A DNA stretch of 62,878 nt, filler included, from Hyphochytrium catenoides (lineage: Eukaryota; Protista; Hyphochytriomycota): assembly GCA_900088475.1 (NCBI GenBank). It is 8 parts of 8 records of this genome, joined end to end, with 100 filler letters (N's around TTAATTAATTAA, not from the genome) between each part and the next. Parts side by side here need not be neighbours in the genome. Positions count along the whole stretch, not along the records: positions 11,596 to 42,160 come from FLMG01003532.1; 7 more parts are not named here. One strand, given 5' to 3'. Below the pieces are notes generated by a model. It searched no databases, had not been told where the DNA came from, and was given only the letters and a program-made list of their open reading frames with translations. The position numbers and the translations under genes are program-made. Of this stretch, positions 12,091-25,271 are shown one piece after another (the first letter of the stretch is position 1; each line of letters starts with the position of its first letter).

Positions 12091-13153
12091 GGCCATTGCT
12101 GAGAGAGTGGCCCTAATTGCCCATCCCTGATCACAATCATAATTTCTACTCTGAATAGAATATTGACATCATGATAATGGAGGGCCATTATCTAGATAAT
12201 TTTGCCCAAAGCGTGAATGCAAACAGAACAGGAAATCCGTCAATTTCACGTTTGGCCATTTATCACAAAAAGTACCCATATTTTCATGATATTTTGGTGA
12301 ATCCAGACAGGCCCTAAATAGTAATGCAGCTGAATGCTGGTAGGGCTGGATCCCCACCTACATTTGGGCATAACTTTGTGTGAGCCCTACTCTAAACAGC
12401 GATTGGAACTAAGAATAATGAAGGCAGGTTAAGGGAGAACATTGGGCTTCCCACCCATAAAGCCAGGTTGCTCTACCAAGTAGGAACCTACAGCCTGTTC
12501 TGGTACCTTGAATGTACAAAGAAATAGAACAAAAGTAAAGTTAAACGGGAAGGAGAACCGGAAGTTCTAGATTCTAGACTTATCCTAGATATTTGGCCCA
12601 TCAACCACTTCCGGTTGTCATCCCTCCGGATTTTCATTCTCCGAAGGCGGAAGAAAGTGGACAGTCACTCATCATCAGAGATAAACCACACACTCAGGCA
12701 CACAGCGTTTGATGGCCAGAGCACTGACCTCATCCTGCCAGTCACACTTCGGGACTGAAGATCCGGTCTTCCCGCTACTTCGGCGTTAGTTGGTCACCGT
12801 CAATCGCGACCAAGGGGATCTTAGACGTGCTAGAGTTGCTCCTCTGATGACAAAGTGTCTTCTCTCTATCTGTCGCTCTCCTCCCGCCCTGCTTTCTCAG
12901 CAAATGCCCTGTATTATGATTAGTGAGAGCAAGGAGAAGTGGGGGAGGCTGGTGACGGAGCAGTGGACAACCAGAGCGGAGGAGGTAAAAAAAAGATAGG
13001 GTTGCTGATTGGGTCTGGCATGCGATCACTGAGGACAAAGACGGACCTTGTACTCTCACACTTTGCAATCTTCCTCCTCTGGAGCACTCAACAGATACAG
13101 GGCTGTACGTCTTCCTGGTACTTTGTTCGACCGCTTATCGAACAAGAGCAAAG

Positions 13154-14335
13154 ATGAGGTCTCCGCTCTCCTATGGCACTACCTCTTCCATCCTTCTCGG
13201 ACTGTCGCGACGTCTTCAGCAGACATCAGAAGATTTATTAAGCTTCCACGCAGGAGGAGGAGGCGACCACGACGAGGAGCATCACCATGATGATGAGGAA
13301 AGCGACAAGCCCGATGGAAGTGTCGGGGCAGCCTTTGCGCTTGCATTTGGTGCTGGTGCATTTTCACTCATGGGTGCAACAATTATCTTCTGCACCAAGC
13401 ATTTCGATGCAAAGACGTCAGGGTCCAATGTGTTTGTTGCAGGATCGTTAGCCTTGGCCGCTGGGGTGATGCTCTATGTTTCTCTCGTGGATATTGTCGG
13501 TCACTCGGTAGAGCACTTTGAAGCCCATGGGTACTCTCACGGAAAGTCTGGGCTCTTCTCATCTATTTCCTACTTCCTGGGCATGCTGACGATTTATCTG
13601 CTGGACCTGGTGATCCACAGGTTCATTACCCCGGATGCAGAGCATGGTCATGCACCAAGAATTAGCGGCGTCCTTCTCTCCCCACTAGCTTCTGCTGCCG
13701 CTACCACCAACCCTGCATCTGAGGGAACGTCTCCCCGGACGGGAATTTGCTATCAGCAACAGAAAGAAGATAATGGTGGGCTTGACCAGAGCGAGGCAGG
13801 ATATAGCTTATCTAAAAAGGAGCTAGAGGAAACAGAGAAGGAGAAACACTTTGCTTCTTTAAGGCGAGTAGGCATAATGTCAGCCATAGCGATCGGGCTT
13901 CATAACATTCCTGAAGGGTTCGCTACCTACGTGGGTGCTATTCATGACTTCAACATTGGGGCTGCTATCGCACTGGCCATCGCGGTTCATAATATTCCTG
14001 AGGGCTTCGCCATCGCTGTTCCGGTCTACTGCAGCACGGGCAGTAAGGCAAAGGCCTGTCTTTGGTCGCTTATTGCTACCTTTGCAGAACCTTTCGGGGC
14101 CTTTCTGGCCTGGATAGTTCTATCTGCTGAGGGCGACGGCGACACCACCATCAGTGAGGCTACCTTTGGTTGGCTTTTTGGTCTTGTTGGTGGGATGATG
14201 ACAATGGTGGTGCTGCACGAGCTGTTACCCTCTGCCTTTGCCCTCGATCCTCATAATAAGGTCTCAACATTTGGGATTGTACTAGGAATGTTTATTATGG
14301 CAGTCAGTTTGGTGCTATTTGCTTACACTGAGTAG
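13154..14335 (+). CDS. ZIP family (ZupT/GufA-like) zinc/iron permease, intronless
   Basis: 393 aa. Contains LALAAGVMLYVS, twin metal-site motifs IGLHNIPEG and IAVHNIPEGFAIAVP, AEPFGA, GGMM..VVLHELLPSA and a His/acidic N-terminal segment. Confidence 0.93.
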   Translation: MRSPLSYGTTSSILLGLSRRLQQTSEDLLSFHAGGGGDHDEEHHHDDEESDKPDGSVGAAFALAFGAGAFSLMGATIIFCTKHFDAKTSGSNVFVAGSLALAAGVMLYVSLVDIVGHSVEHFEAHGYSHGKSGLFSSISYFLGMLTIYLLDLVIHRFITPDAEHGHAPRISGVLLSPLASAAATTNPASEGTSPRTGICYQQQKEDNGGLDQSEAGYSLSKKELEETEKEKHFASLRRVGIMSAIAIGLHNIPEGFATYVGAIHDFNIGAAIALAIAVHNIPEGFAIAVPVYCSTGSKAKACLWSLIATFAEPFGAFLAWIVLSAEGDGDTTISEATFGWLFGLVGGMMTMVVLHELLPSAFALDPHNKVSTFGIVLGMFIMAVSLVLFAYTE

Positions 14336-16331
14336 CTAGGGCGAGGTAGTAGAGATAGAATGACCTTTTCACTCTAGGCACACATAAAGTTCATACTGCT
14401 TCCTACGAGCTCATCTGCACTGGGTCGTTGCACTGACGGTCATCATTTAAGAGTTACAGAGGCCGTCTTTAAGTGTCTTCATGAACTAACCAACTCTCGT
14501 GAAGGATCAGCACATCTCGTTAGGGAGCCGCACATAGCGTGCCTGGTGCATTGGTACTCTAGAGTGGTTAGCTTATAGCTCTTCCGCCTCTTGTGCTCCT
14601 GCCGCACAGTTGTAACTTTGGGTTTACTAGAGAGGAGACACCACTTTTAAACCTCTACTTCGCCATTCCTCTCTGTATGTCATGATATTGATGACATATC
14701 CCTCTATAATTGTGCATGCCCCCATCAATAGGCGTCTTCGTTCCCCATGCCATGAGCTGTCGACTAGAAGTGCTGTCCATTTTATTTGCCTTGGACGTCC
14801 TCCTCCAACGCTGGAGCCTATCTTGCTGCATATCCCAGCATCCCACCGCCACCTACTAAAATGTCAAGCCTTGCTGTCATCACCCTCTAGGACACTTGTT
14901 TGCCCGTCACCTTGCATCAACATCATTCTCACTGCTACAAAGGACAGTAGGGACTGTCCAGCTCAAAGTCATCAGAGCATCATCATCTGGGTGGCCTGCT
15001 TATGGGCCATACGTCACAATAGCAATCGAGAAAAATCCTACTCCTCCCAGAACTATCATAGTCCCTGATCTGAGGGCCATGCTGTACCTCGCAGGAAGTT
15101 GGCGCTGTACACAGAAAGTGATGATTCCTTATTCGGCCTGTTGTCGACAACCAACGGACGAGCAAGCATTGTGTTGTGCCATCTCTACTATTAGAACGTG
15201 TCTGAAGAAGTTATCAAAAAGGTGGTGATAAGCGTTTCTTCGGCAGACATGACATCAGGTGCTCGTTCTGTCAGCCAAGGGTATAAGCGACAGCACCGAG
15301 TTGCTGGGCCGAGGTAGTAGCCTACGCCTTCGTCTAACTTATAGTAGTATTAGCTGGACAGAGGGAAGAAGCAGTGAGCGCCTTGGGCAGCGACGCCAAC
15401 ACCTATAATCAGCTGCCGCCTGCTGCATCAGGAAACAGATGGACGACGAGCCGCTTCCCCCGTCGTCGGCCATAAGAGGACTGAGCAGAAGAAGAAGTCC
15501 TTCTCCTCTGTCATCTTCCCTTCCTTCTCCCGACCTCCAGGCTCTTGAGGAATGTAACCTCCAGACCTGAGTAAGGGGACCAACAAAGCAATTAGCTCAC
15601 TCTCAGTAAAATGCAGGTGGTCCTAGGGAGAGTAGAAAGAGAGATAAAGTGGGCCTGGAGAGAGAGACAGAGCCCATGGCAGAGAGGAGGAGGGCCAGGA
15701 GAGATACCTCCAGAGTGGTCGAAGAAAGCATATTAAGCGTTTGAGAGGCGAGACAGAGTTATTAGAGGCAGAAACAGAGCAACGGAGAGATAACTGGGAG
15801 CTGGGGTGAGAAGAGCCATGGATGGGACCAGCTTTGGAACCCCAGCACTGGCCCGACCTCCGCCTTCCGTCAACATTGAGAAGACTTTCGATGATGGAAC
15901 CTCTTGCGCTGGCAGGCGCACTGCGGCGACAGAAGCAGTAGAAAAGGTCATCATAGAGACTGATGGTACCGCCGGCCGCCCGCCTTTGCTCTTGACCCTC
16001 TTCTTTCTTAGCAAGCTATTATGGTGGATACATCATTCAGTGGAAAAGCAGCGGAAGGAAGCACGAATGAGCTCCCAACAATGAAAGAATCGATCTCATA
16101 GTTTTTCTAGTCATGGCCCTAGTAGTAAAGACCAGTGAGTCACGCTGGTCCACAAGTTGGAGGCGGAAGCAGCAAGCTTAGCGGCACGGGCTGCGCAGTA
16201 ACCGCAACCGCTGGCAACAACGTACTGGACAGGCGACACTACTCAGCAACGTGCAGAGTGATCATCAGTGATTGGCAATGTGAGTAGATTGCCCGCTGGC
16301 ACGCCGCTGTCTACGGCCCGCACGGGAGCTG

Positions 16332-17183
16332 ATGGTGATGAATAGCCTTTACATAGGAAAAGAGCGGGTGTCGCTCACCGGCTGGATGCGTAGACCCCTC
16401 TTGCCCCGTACGAACGAAGCACAGCTCAATGAAGTTCTGACTGTGGACTTCGCCAATACTCTCTGCAGAACGTTCTTTGGCCTTCGGACGCAGGAAAGAC
16501 TCTTTCTAGCCTTTCAGGAGCGAAAGAAGCTTTTCAGTGTATGCTTCTAAGGCTTCATGCTGGGAACGTGGGCCTTTGGAGCCACATTCTTTGTCGACGA
16601 AGGCCCGGGCACCATCCTATCGGGCATTTCTCTCTTCTTGTCCCTCCCTGTGTACGCTATCAACATTCTGTGCGTAAATCCCAAGCTTTTAAGCCTACTA
16701 CGGAAGAATCCAGAATGCTGGGCTCACTTTGCTGTCATCGTCATAGCTTGGGCCACTGCAGGACAGATGCTGGGTGGCCTACGAGGCCTCTTTGTTGCCT
16801 TCAGTACTGCCGTTCTAGGTGCTGCCTGCGGTGGATTGGTAGGCGATGTCGTACACGCCTCGCTCCGCGTGTATTCCTCTAGCTTCTGTGGCTACCTCTT
16901 TGCTCTGCTCTCTGTCTGCGTGGTTGCCCTTAGCCTGACATTAAGGCTGTTTAAAGGTGGACGCACATTCTCCTGGACCATCGGGACGAGGAACCTGCGT
17001 GGAGAGGATATTGTGTTGAACGCTATGGCCACGATCATCTTAATTATGCTTCATCGCCTCTTTAGCTCTTATTCGTCGAGCTCTTCCTCTAACCGACAGA
17101 GGCTTGGCCCTCAAGAAAGCCCTCCCAGCGCGACTAGTTTACCGTCCGAAAGCGAGAAAAGCCTGCCAAAAGGTAGGCCCTGA
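16332..17183 (+). pseudogene. Multi-pass membrane protein interrupted by one in-frame TAA (16548-16550)
   Basis: ORFs 16332-16550 and 16557-17183 are in the same frame (KKLFSVCF*GFMLGTWAF). Several hydrophobic helices follow. Confidence 0.5.
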
Positions 17184-19579
17184 GAAAGATATTCCTTGCT
17201 TCTCTCTACTTTGGCCACTGGTGCTGTAGCCAGTTCAACGGCCGCGGGAGGAAACGGGCCTCCTCTTTCAGGGTAAAGTTGGAGGTGAACAGACTGACAC
17301 AAGGAGCCAGCAACCCTTGGACGACCTAGCCACTAAGCTTCCTGAAAACCTATCAACTGCTCGCTAAGCTTCCTGAAGACCCATCAAGTGCTCATCAGCT
17401 ACCGATTGGGACAGGGCTACGACGTATGCCCCCATCCAATGCTGAGAGGCGCCAAGATGATGACGTCTACCCGGTCGTTACGTTGATCATCTCCGCCCCT
17501 ATGAGCCGCAAGAGGATCATCCAGCCAGCAGACAACGCAAGAGCTTACCTCACAGGGCAAGAAAAGAAGATTTCAGGGCAATCGAACCTCATTATGGCCT
17601 CCCCTTGATGAAGTCACCAGAAGAAGTTCTCCTTGCCTTCCCGGAGCAGAGACCTCAATAAATGAAAGAGGAGGAGAGACAAATGGGAGCGACAACAGGA
17701 AGATGGTGACGGGCCTTTGCCATTCTTCACCATCTGTGGCCCACGCTCCGTGCGCTAGTAGGAAGAAACATGGCATCTCTTTCAACATACTGTGTCTCAG
17801 GCTTTCCACATTATCGGTGCAGTAGGACAGATACCAGTCGCACTGTCCCTAGGCAATGAAAAGAAGAGACTCTCCGCTGATCAAGAACTAGCGGCAGATC
17901 TTTCTGCTCTTTTCCTCTTGTCTTGGCTGTCACCTTTAGTCTCAGTCGCCAGCCTTCTGTGGACGCTGGCTTCCGTGTATTTGTTCTGCTCTGTATGGGA
18001 CCTGCTTTGGTTGCCTGGCTCCTGCTCTATGCTTTGTGCCTTTTAAGTGAATGCATTCTTCCCACTCATCGAAGCAATCAAGGACTTTGGAGCGCAGCTA
18101 GGGTAGAAGCGATTAGTAAGCGTTTCTAGGGTTTCGCTCTACTCTTCCTCTCCTGATTGTTCAAGGTTGGCTCTTTACATCTTGACGTTTACGAGAGAAG
18201 AAGCTATGCCACTCCGACTGAGGACAATGATGCAGCTAACACGTGGCCGTCTAACCCAGGAGGGATCGCGATTAGGCGGGGGGCAGTTAGTCCTTCAGTT
18301 TCGTACAGACAGCTTCATCATTGCCAGACAGACCTCGCTGATACTCTATTCCCTGTCTATCGTCTATCATCTCGGCGTTCTATGATCGGCCTCAACTCCT
18401 TGTTCCTTTATTTCCTCTGTCGCTTCCAGGTCATCGGTGGCCTCTAGACGAAACGGAGGGCTGCCCAACAAAGGTTGCGGTGGCAGCACAGTCACTGCTG
18501 TCCTGCCCTTCCCCTCACCTGCCTCAACCAGAACCCTTAACAATGAATCTCTCAGGCGCGAACGATAATAGAAGAAGCCCACGACCGCAGATTGATGATT
18601 AAGGCGACTCTATTTTTTAACGGGCTCGGTCTCTTATCAGGTCCCTGAGGATGATCTTGCTACTCCCTCAGACAAGCGAGAGAGTAAGCCTTCTCGACCA
18701 GGAGGAGTTTAGAGGTTGTTGCTGGTGATGAACCAGGCTAAAGCGGGGCAGATGGGAGGCGATGAGTGATAGACATAGGTAGGAGATCGATGAAAGAGGA
18801 CAGAGCATAAGCAGATAAGGACCATGCATAAGAGCCTCTACTACTGTTATCATCACCCGGGTCAACGACCTTGTTGCCTTCTGCCAGCGTTCCTTGTCAT
18901 TCAGTTGCCAACAAAGCTAATGGTAAGAACGACCTTATGATCCAGGGTTTAATAGATAAAGGACCTCCTCCTTGCTGCCTCCTCTCCGCTTTAGACAATA
19001 TGTTGATGCCTCTACTAGCTACCTTGTAGGTGGAGTTGTGTCTTCCTGCAGCCCCTTCTACTCCTAGATTGCCCGTCAACTGCAGTTCCCTAGCTCTGTT
19101 GACCTTCTCCCAAAGGTCTTCTGAGAAATAGGAGCTTGTGGAGTAAGAACAAGCCACACAGAGCGGACAAGCAGTGGAGAAAGTAACAACAAGAGCTCCG
19201 AACGATCTCATAAGTCTTTTGTTAGACCGCTGCTTCAGTAAGGAGCTCGACGAGAACTTCGCCAAGAGGAAAGGCTGGCAATAGGGAAAGAATTGCAATC
19301 TACGCAAGTCAGATCTGCCGCCCAGACTTCTCTATGGGGATGAAGGATAAAGGCTGTCAACAGCATCTACAGTCCTGCAGACCAAGGTTAGAACGATATG
19401 CACTAGCTAAAAAAACAAGCTTCCGTGGCATTCAGAGAAATGCCTAGTTAGGCCACACAGGAGTCGAGCCAGTAGCTATTATACCTTTCTCCTTATTACT
19501 TCGTTAATATAAATGATAGTTCCTAATATATCGCAGTGGGATGGACCCACAAGCAGTTTATCACTCTGTCCGACGGCAC

Positions 19580-21047
19580 TCATGTCGTGAAGTTCCATCC
19601 TTCTGAAGTATAGAAGGACGACCGGACAAAGGTGACTCTATTTTCTGGAGAGAGCACAAAGATAATCACACATTGACAACGAGCAGGAGTGATCAACGGC
19701 GGCAAGACCTCCTCGACGCCGTCCTCTCCACCATCTGTCAAAGCTTTGATCTCTGTCACGTCCTCCTGATCAGCACCGTCTATCTTTGGGATAAACTCAA
19801 ACTTCCCGGTGATCATGAAGCGGTCTCCTCTTGGATCCATTGGCTTTATATCAATGTCCTTCCAGCCAAACTTCTTATAGAGCTTGTCGCAGTTGCGCCT
19901 AATAAACAAGAATCGAGACCAGTGAGCCCTGTCAGTCTAATCCGTCAGCGGTAACGCAAAGAAAGGAAAGACGAATAGATAGAGGAGCACAAAGGCAAAG
20001 AGAAAGCTAATAGCATGGATGTCCAAGGTGCTTTGAGAACGAGTACCTTGCTTCAACGCATGCGCCAGGACCACCGAAGGCCTCAAGCGGTGCGTCAGAA
20101 AAGACTTTCTTCCCAATCTGGATCTTATCGCAGACAAAGAGAATGCTGTCATGATAACAGCCCAACGAGCTCTCAAAGTCTGTTGCACCGCTGAAGCCTC
20201 CAAGGCACTGTGTAACCACCATTTTGCGGAAGTTCATCTGAGACTTCAGCTCCATCTCTTTCCCTACTGTGCTACCTCCACCATCGGTAGGGCACGACTT
20301 GATGGTCAGCAGCTGCTGCATCATCTGATAACGCCTCTCGGCTAAAGCCAGACGCTCCTCCATCATCATGATCTTCTTGGTTGGTTGGCTGGCTGTGTTG
20401 GCCACTTTTCGTTTCTCACTCAGCGTGGCGGAGGATGCAGATTGATGTCCAGCCACAGCACTCTTCCTCCTTCGTTTTGGGCTGGTTGTGGTTACCTTGT
20501 TGCCGGTTTTGACGGAAGCGTTGGAGGACGCCGCAGGTCTTGTTGCTTTGTTCTTCCGGCCGTCCTTCTCGTCTTTGTTCTTATCGCTGCGTTTGCACTG
20601 TGGCCTTGATGTGGATGATGGAACACAAGCAGGAAAGTCGCGGACGGTAGCGTCATTGGAAGGCATCTTTTCTTCTGGAGGTTCGCTTTCTCCTTCCTCT
20701 CTAACAACTATTATCGCTTCTTCTTCTTCCTCAGCTACTACGGCTCCGCTGTCATCATCATCGGATAAACCTTCTTCTAGGATGTCCCGCAAGCAGTCAA
20801 TGACCGCGGTGTCCTCTTCGTCTTCTACTGAGGGATGACTAGCGCTAGAAGGAGGACAGGAATAGTAGTGCATTGGCAGGCCACCCGCAAAGGAGTCTGT
20901 CTCTTCTAAAGGAAGAGTAAACCTTCTCCCTCGAGGAAACTCCGCACAGTTCTCAGATATTTCTCTTCTGCTGCAGTCCTGACGAGCATCCATAATTGAG
21001 AAAGTGTCAGAGCTCCCTGGGACGATTTCTACTCTAAAGCGCTTCAT
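19580..21047 (-). CDS. Hypothetical two-exon protein (acidic/low-complexity middle, globular C-terminus)
   Basis: Exon 20047-21047 (ATG of MKRFRVEIV) and exon 19580-19928 join in phase through AG|GTACTC...CTGACAG|G, giving ...CVEAR-AHWSRFLFIRRNCDK... Confidence 0.6.
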
Positions 21048-24000
21048 GGTAGCTGTATAAGTCCTTGCCGTCAGAAGCTTCCCCCTCCTTATGGCGAGCT
21101 TGTAGTACCGTTCTCTCTTATTGGACTGATGGATAGCTCGGTAGCCTGCCCAGCAAGACACAGCAGAGAAGGAGGCGAGAAGCCGGGAAGCGGAAAAGTG
21201 ACGAAGGAGAGCAGGCAGCAGGCAATGGAATGGAAACAGCAAAAGAATCGAGCAGGGAAGATCGATGTGCGATGAGTATGGAAAGTGAAAAGCTGAGAGT
21301 GGACTTATCGCCGAGTGAGCGGAGGGCTAGCAGCTACTACTATTGGGAGGGATGAGGCGGGACCTGCTTGAGGCTACGGAATGTTGCCAACCAGCGCCAG
21401 CAGTAAGCAACAACCAAGCAGTCAGCAGCCAGCAGGCACGCCACAGCGGTTCGAAGACGACGACTGGTTGGCTCCTTTGGAGGAGGAGCAGGACGATGTT
21501 AACAGAATCTACAGCTGGGAGTATCAGACAGAGGATAGCCCTCTGCACTGGTCACAGACTGGTCGTAAAGAAAGGAAGCCGAAGAGGGAGACCCAGCAAC
21601 CACGACCGTCGCAACCTCTGCCAAGCCCAAGCCGGTTTATACATTGGACAGCAGCGTTGCCCCTACAAGCTACAAGGCCAGCAGCAGGCAGGCCGGGCAG
21701 CCTTGCCAGCTAAAGGGTTGTGCCACATATTTTGCCCAGTCTTGAAGCAAGAGCCATTGGCGTCTGATCCCACGACACCCCATGGACAAACCGTCTTGAG
21801 TTCTGCTAGCCATGTACTTCAGGGTCAACATATTTCAAGGGCACCTTCTAACTCCCAGCCGTCGAGGAGTTATGTCTAAAATGGTGAAAGCTGTTCTCTC
21901 CTCTCAAAAGAGCTGCATTACTACTTGTAGCTGGAATGGTCAGACACACTGGATTCCCACCCAACACACGTAGAGCATTATGTTAGGGGTGGGCATAATT
22001 CTACAGGTAGCAGGGCAGAATAGTGGCACATACTATCATGGCGCTATGTTTATTTATCATGAGGCAGGAGGCAAAGAACGTGGCTCGATTGGCGAGGAAA
22101 GTTAAACTTCCATCTCCTTTTTGGCTCTCGTTAGTCCTAAATAATATAAGGGGGACAGGGGGGCGGTCTCAGGGCCGCAATTCTAGGGAATGTGAGCGAG
22201 TGGCTTGTGGGGACATACAGGAAAAAGGTGGGAAGCACCATACACCAAATTTAGAGACTCATTCCATGTCTTTGACGATAAGTCTATCCGAAGGTTAAGG
22301 TTTTGGCATGTTTAAGAGAAACACTGCTGGGGTAACCACTTGCCTGTTATAAAAACAATACAATACCGTGTATAGAGGAGACCAAGCATGACGGTTTGCC
22401 GAAAATAGTAGGTTGAAGTGTGAGAACTATTCGACACCCTTTGTTGTAGTTTCCTTTATGGGTGAGTGGGGAAAAAGACGGCAAGGGGTGGGAAGCCTGA
22501 GGTTCAACATCCAGTTCAACATACAAGTCACAGGCTGAAGCCCTGAGCAAGACTCAGAAGTCAGACCATACATTCCAAAAACTTGAAAACAATAGCTGGA
22601 ATATTACGGTAATGAAACCTTTGTATCTTATGACTCTACTCTATAAAGAAAAGATTACAAGGAAAGGAAAGGTACATTTGCCAGATTTCTTGAACCTTTT
22701 GGCCATAGTGAGTAAGGGGATGGGTGGGCGTTTGATGCTTTTGGCGGTTCGGGACCGAGAAATGGTGGGGCCAGGGACCACAAGTCTCTTTTTGTGAGGT
22801 ATCTGGCGATGGGGTTATCTATGATAGAAAGATACCAAAGCAGCTGCACAACAATAAACGGCAGTGATAGACAAGGGCCAAGAAGGCTCAAGTTCACTCT
22901 TTAGCTTGCCCATTGAGCCTTCATTTCGTATAGTAATCAGGGTCTTGGTCGTTGTGATGGGCTGAATGGTGTGCACTGCTGCGTGTGGTGGCTCTCTGCT
23001 GCTGCTTGTTCATGGCCTGTGCCGCCCTCCTCTTTCTTCTCCTCCTGACTAGAAGAAGGGAGGGCAACGATGACGTTAATCTCGTTCTTCATCATTTTTT
23101 CATCACCATTCACCCTAGATGGTTCATGATGATGGGAAACAGAACGGCCTGATAAGTCTGATGTTGGCTTATTTAGAGATAGAGCAGCAGGATGTAGGAC
23201 AACGTCGCTTCGTTTATCGTCGATCATCCGCCGGTTGCAGCGTGTTTGCTTTCTGCTTTTATTATCACCAAGGCGATCTGGTTTATTAATGACCTCAACA
23301 AGCGAAGGATTGTATCTTTTGTTGCTGTTCGTGGTACTTTGCTCTTCTTCTGCAGTCCTTCTCTCCTCTCAGGTCGCCATACCGGGTAGCCAGAGTAACA
23401 AACAAGCGAAGAAGGGGAAGCGATAGGAGAGAACGGGACCGTATAGATGGGCAAAATCCAAGACCGCACGTCGAAGGAGCTCGCAGCGGCTGCCTATTTT
23501 TCTCCTCCCTGCGGTCGCTCCTCCCGGACAAGCTGTGATATCTTGGACATGGATGGTCATAGCTAGTAGGGGATGAAGAAGAGGGCAGCATGTAGCAAAC
23601 CATGATGTTGCTTCTTGCCTACGTCAGACGGACAGAAGGCGGATAAAAGGATGTTGGAGCGAGCCACAAAGGCCATGACATGGAATAAATACAATCACCG
23701 CTGGCGAAGACAGAAGGGCTGTAAATGTAATAGAAAGAGGGATGGAGTGCCTCTGGACAGCCATCCTTGCTCAATGCAATAAGCAGCCAGGTGCTACGTC
23801 GTCAAATGTAGGGTGGCTCCTTACATCATTGAAAAGTCGTAATGTGCCTTCAATGTGGACAAGGGATAGGCGGAGATAGAGAAGCAATGCTTAATGAATG
23901 ATAGCGAAGCCTTCTTTTAGCGCCACTTCTTTTTGGACTTCGCTTATATGACAAGAGATCGGACGGTGTTGGCTTGCTAGCGTGTAAGGTCTGGCAGTCA

Positions 24001-25271
24001 CTTGTAGGTCGAGGAATAAACATTCCTGCGGTCTTTGAATGTGAAAGCTTACCATCTGGCCTGGCACTCTACCCGAAGGCCCATCCTCCGTTTAAGTAGG
24101 GGCTGTTGGTGCTGTTGATAATGGTGATAATGAGAGTTGAGGAGCGAGCATTTGATGACAGATCGTATCTTGAATAAACGGGCTGCTGCAGCGGGAGGGG
24201 CTCTATTGCCCCTTCTAACCTGATCTATGTCGTCCCGGAAGGGTGCAGAGGATTAGCCTACTAATAACAAGGTCCTGAACCTCCTCCTGGGTGCTGCTCC
24301 GGCTGACAGCAGTCCGCATCCTTCATCCCAGAAGACAGGGCGAGACTACGAGCCTACTAATTACTAGTCTTGCGGCTGCGCGGCGGCTGGGACGGAGTGG
24401 TAGATTGAAAGCAGCAGCGGCAGGGCCGCCTGACGGCCCGACGAAGGGGTTTAGGTTTGACCATTGGCCCATTCATTCTTCATATACCATTCAGCAGGCT
24501 GTTAATAGTTCAGTCTATATAGGCCTCCTTGGTCGGCCCCTTCATAGAGAACTTTGAAGCCAAGAGGAATAATAAAGAAGGTGAGATCGACGGCATAGAG
24601 GCTCTGTTTTGACTCTGAAAGACCACCGCTGCTATTACCTCTGAGACAAAAAGCTTCTGGACATCCTCGCGACAATAAGCTTTCTAAAGTATGAGGATCA
24701 TCACGCAGCTTTTGCGAATCCATATGACTATCCTACTATCTTGCTTGGACCTCCACGGGGTCTTATCGAGGTTGTGGGAATGAACTGACTAGCGAGGTGG
24801 CTGGTCCTCGTAAGCAACTACATCACTTGGTCAGCTGAAGCAAACTCTAGCTACACCCAGAGAAGCCTTTTCAGACTAAACGTCAGTCCCTAGCACTTGT
24901 TCTTCTGGAAGATCAAGTAAGGTGGGTGCCAGCACTGACCCTCGGACCACAGAGCTGGTTCTGTTAACAAAAACTTCGTGCTGCTCGAGGCCGTTCCGAC
25001 AGTCAAGAGCAATGCATAAAACTGTAGGTACGCTGCTGCTGAACAATTAAAGATTCCTGACAAATCAAGGCTCCGACAGCCAATTAAGTAAGAAGAAGAA
25101 ACCACCCGGGATGGCGCGGCAAGGAAGTCTCAAAGTGCAACAACCGCCTAGAACTAATCAAAGAAGCGAAAAAACGAGAAGTCAGGACAGCTTTGACAGA
25201 CCAGCCGACGCTGTCAGAAGCGCTGCACCAGCCAGTAGAAGCCTGAGCAATAAATATGATATTGAAGAACT

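Noticed and set aside
12556-12616. 10-bp inverted repeat AACCGGAAGT...ACTTCCGGTT upstream of the ZIP gene
   Set aside because: Too short and isolated to call a MITE or regulatory site without further copies.
17333-17394. 31-bp direct repeat x2 (CTAAGCTTCCTGAA...)
   Set aside because: An ordinary small local duplication with no associated feature.
22200-24200. Protein-like fragments in broken frames (also 14650-15400, 18000-19300, 27900-28300, 42261-42973, 51279-52476)
   Set aside because: No recognisable motif or consistent splice model. They may be decayed genes, but this is unsupportable without a search.
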